Origin: an uncultured Phycisphaerales bacterium
GTDB lineage: Bacteria; Planctomycetota; Phycisphaerae; Tepidisphaerales; Tepidisphaeraceae
DNA: 64,000 bases
NCBI GenBank assembly: GCA_963844715.1
Contig: CAWJPJ010000005.1
Span: 256,001-320,000 of the forward strand
Reading direction: 5' to 3'
Of the stretch, positions 62,117 through 64,000 are shown piece after piece. Within the stretch, counting starts at the first letter, position 1. Every line of letters starts with the position of its first letter. The position numbers and the translations under genes are program-made. Below the pieces are notes generated by a model that made no database searches, was not told the DNA's origin, and saw nothing but the letters and a program-made list of their open reading frames with translations.

Positions 62117-64000
62117 CTATTGCCCCTGAACGTGCTGGCTGGAGTGCCTTTGTGCGGATTCCTGCTCGAGTTCGTCGAGATGTTGGTGGTAACTGCCGCT
62201 GAGGGGCGGGTTCATTTTGCTCAGGGCGGCAAACAATGCGGTGGCTTTGTCGTAATCGGCGGGGTCCTGGGAGGCGGTGAGGTTTTCGGCCTCGACGAGG
62301 AATTCGCGGCCGATTGTCTCGAGGGTGAATTTCATCGCCGGATCGTTCCCATATTCCTGGATGACGGCTGAGGCGAAGGTGGCGGCATCGGTATATTTTG
62401 GGCTTTGATCAGACCCTGAAGCACGTCGCCCTGAAGGGTGTCGATAACGTCGGGTTTCCCGCCGTTGGATTTCCAATAGGTGAGAGCGTCCTGATATTGA
62501 TCGGCGGCGTCGGCGTATTGGCCGACGTCCATCATGCAGTCCCCGACGTTTTGGCGCTGGACGGCGAGGGCTTGAGTAAGAGCATCGCGTTTGGCGCCGG
62601 GAGGGGTGGATTCAATGTCCTTGCTGAGACGATCGCGCAGGGCGAGAAGGGCATCGAGACGCTTGCCGGAGTCGGCGGATTTGAGCGCGTCGGCCAGAGT
62701 CGCCAAATCCTGCTCATCGAGGGACCCCATCCATTTTTGCAGGACCTGCCATGCGGCGCTGCGGACGGAGTCGTCCGGGTCCTTGCTCATACAGTCCAGA
62801 AGATTGGTGATGTAAATGGGCTGGGTCACCGTCCCCAGGGCGCTGACGGCGGCTCGACGGACCTCGGGGTCGGGATCGTTTAAGAACCCTTGGATGGAGT
62901 CGCTGACGTCGGGATTTTGTAGATTGCCCAGGCCGATGATGGCGTTGATGCGAACCTTGGTGGTCTCGCGTGGGTCGAGGAGCGACTCGAAAGTTTGCAG
63001 AAGCTGGGGGTCGTGGAAAGCCGCCATCGCCCCGACGACGGCCGCCCGGAGCGATTGCGTTCCAGGCGCGCCGGTGGATTTCAGTGCGGCCAGGAGGGCC
63101 GTGACCGCTTGCTGCTCGCGATTGCGGTCGGAAAAAATATTCGAATAGTTCGCAGCCAGACGAATTCCCTCGGCCGAAGCGATTCGCACCAGCGTCGAGG
63201 GGTCGTTCTGTACAAATTGCACCATGAGATTGACGGCCTTGGGATCGTAGAGGGGAACAAGCGATTTGATCAGTTCGTCGCGGACGATGTCGTCCTGCTC
63301 GACGGAGAGTCTTTGTACCATGGCCGGGGCGGAATCGGCGTCGTTGTAAAGAGCCTGCGCGGCGGCCGCACGGACGTCGGGGGCGATATCGTCCAGGAGT
63401 CCGCGGACTTTCTCCATGGTCCCGGGAGGGGCGCCATCAGGGGTTTGGCGATCCTGATAGACGATGTTGGCGCCGGCCTGGCGAATCGCCGGAGAGGCGG
63501 ATCGCATGTATTGGATCAGCAGGTTGGCCCGGTCAGTGGGGGTGGTTTGAGATTCGTAAACCGCGTTGAGCAAGTCTACGACATTAGACTCTAACTGGTT
63601 CTCGCTTGAGACCTGGGCCTCGAATGCGTCGGCTCGATGCTGGCGGACGGCGGTTTGAAAGTCCGCGTCAGGTAGATTGCCATTTTTGTCCCACCATTGT
63701 TTCCACGCCTGGACGTTGTGGCCGTACTCCGCCAGGCCGGTCATCTCCATCAGGGCGTCGCCGGCGGCGCGTTCGACCGCATCGCTATCCGTGCGCTGCT
63801 GGAGATCGACCAGAGTCTGGGCGGCGAGCTTTTGGTTGAAGGTGCCGATGGCCATGATCACGGGGACTCGGATGTCGTCGCCCTGGTTGGAGGTGGCGAC
63901 CGTGATCAATCTCTGAAGGACATCCAAATTTCCCTTATAGTGGGAGAGCTGCGGTGGCGGCGGCGCGGACGCGGGCTCGCTGGCCTTCACGATTGACCAG
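62117..64000 (-). CDS. HEAT-repeat protein, 5'-truncated by window edge, frameshift ~62398
   Basis: Repeats such as 'LDDIAPDVRAAAAQAL', 'LNDPDPEVRRAAVSALG' and 'DPDDSVRSAAW'. Confidence 0.85.

Noticed and set aside
1..64000. tRNA, rRNA, riboswitch or prophage
   Set aside because: No cloverleaf, rRNA-like tract, recognisable riboswitch, integrase or phage structural gene seen by eye; a covariance-model scan would be needed to exclude small RNAs

Overview
GC-rich bacterial chromosomal window, most likely from a Planctomycetota/Phycisphaerae (Tepidisphaera-like) genome. This is inferred from 'TTQP' motifs in secreted proteins, a C-terminal CxxCGYDLRATPERCPECG protein, a zinc-ribbon LepB and an ECF sigma factor with a long extension. 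More than half of the genes, including housekeeping genes (purF, atpG, sodA, trxA), are broken by single-base indels, so most frameshifts are probably sequencing/assembly errors and CDSs are given as reconstructed spans. Gene content: purF, a hybrid kinase plus diguanylate cyclase, GH57, pstSCA, a BlaI/BlaR1-like pair, a ThDP decarboxylase, lepB, mrp, three type II toxin-antitoxin modules, an orphan atpG, a small variable islet (IS630, Fic, IS66 remnant, duplicated gene 3' end), sodA, yhaM, a five-gene TPR-glycosyltransferase cluster, trxA, a MEMO1-like gene, STAS/RsbW, a rhomboid protease and a HEAT-repeat protein. No rRNA, tRNA or CRISPR array was recognised. The best candidate for a novel system is a membrane-anchored caspase-family protease and a convergently encoded secreted HExxH/TPR protein that share a D-x-Q-A-R-G motif, suggesting an extracytoplasmic protease cascade. 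Several non-coding repeat families were also found, one of which is inserted in frame inside a gene.
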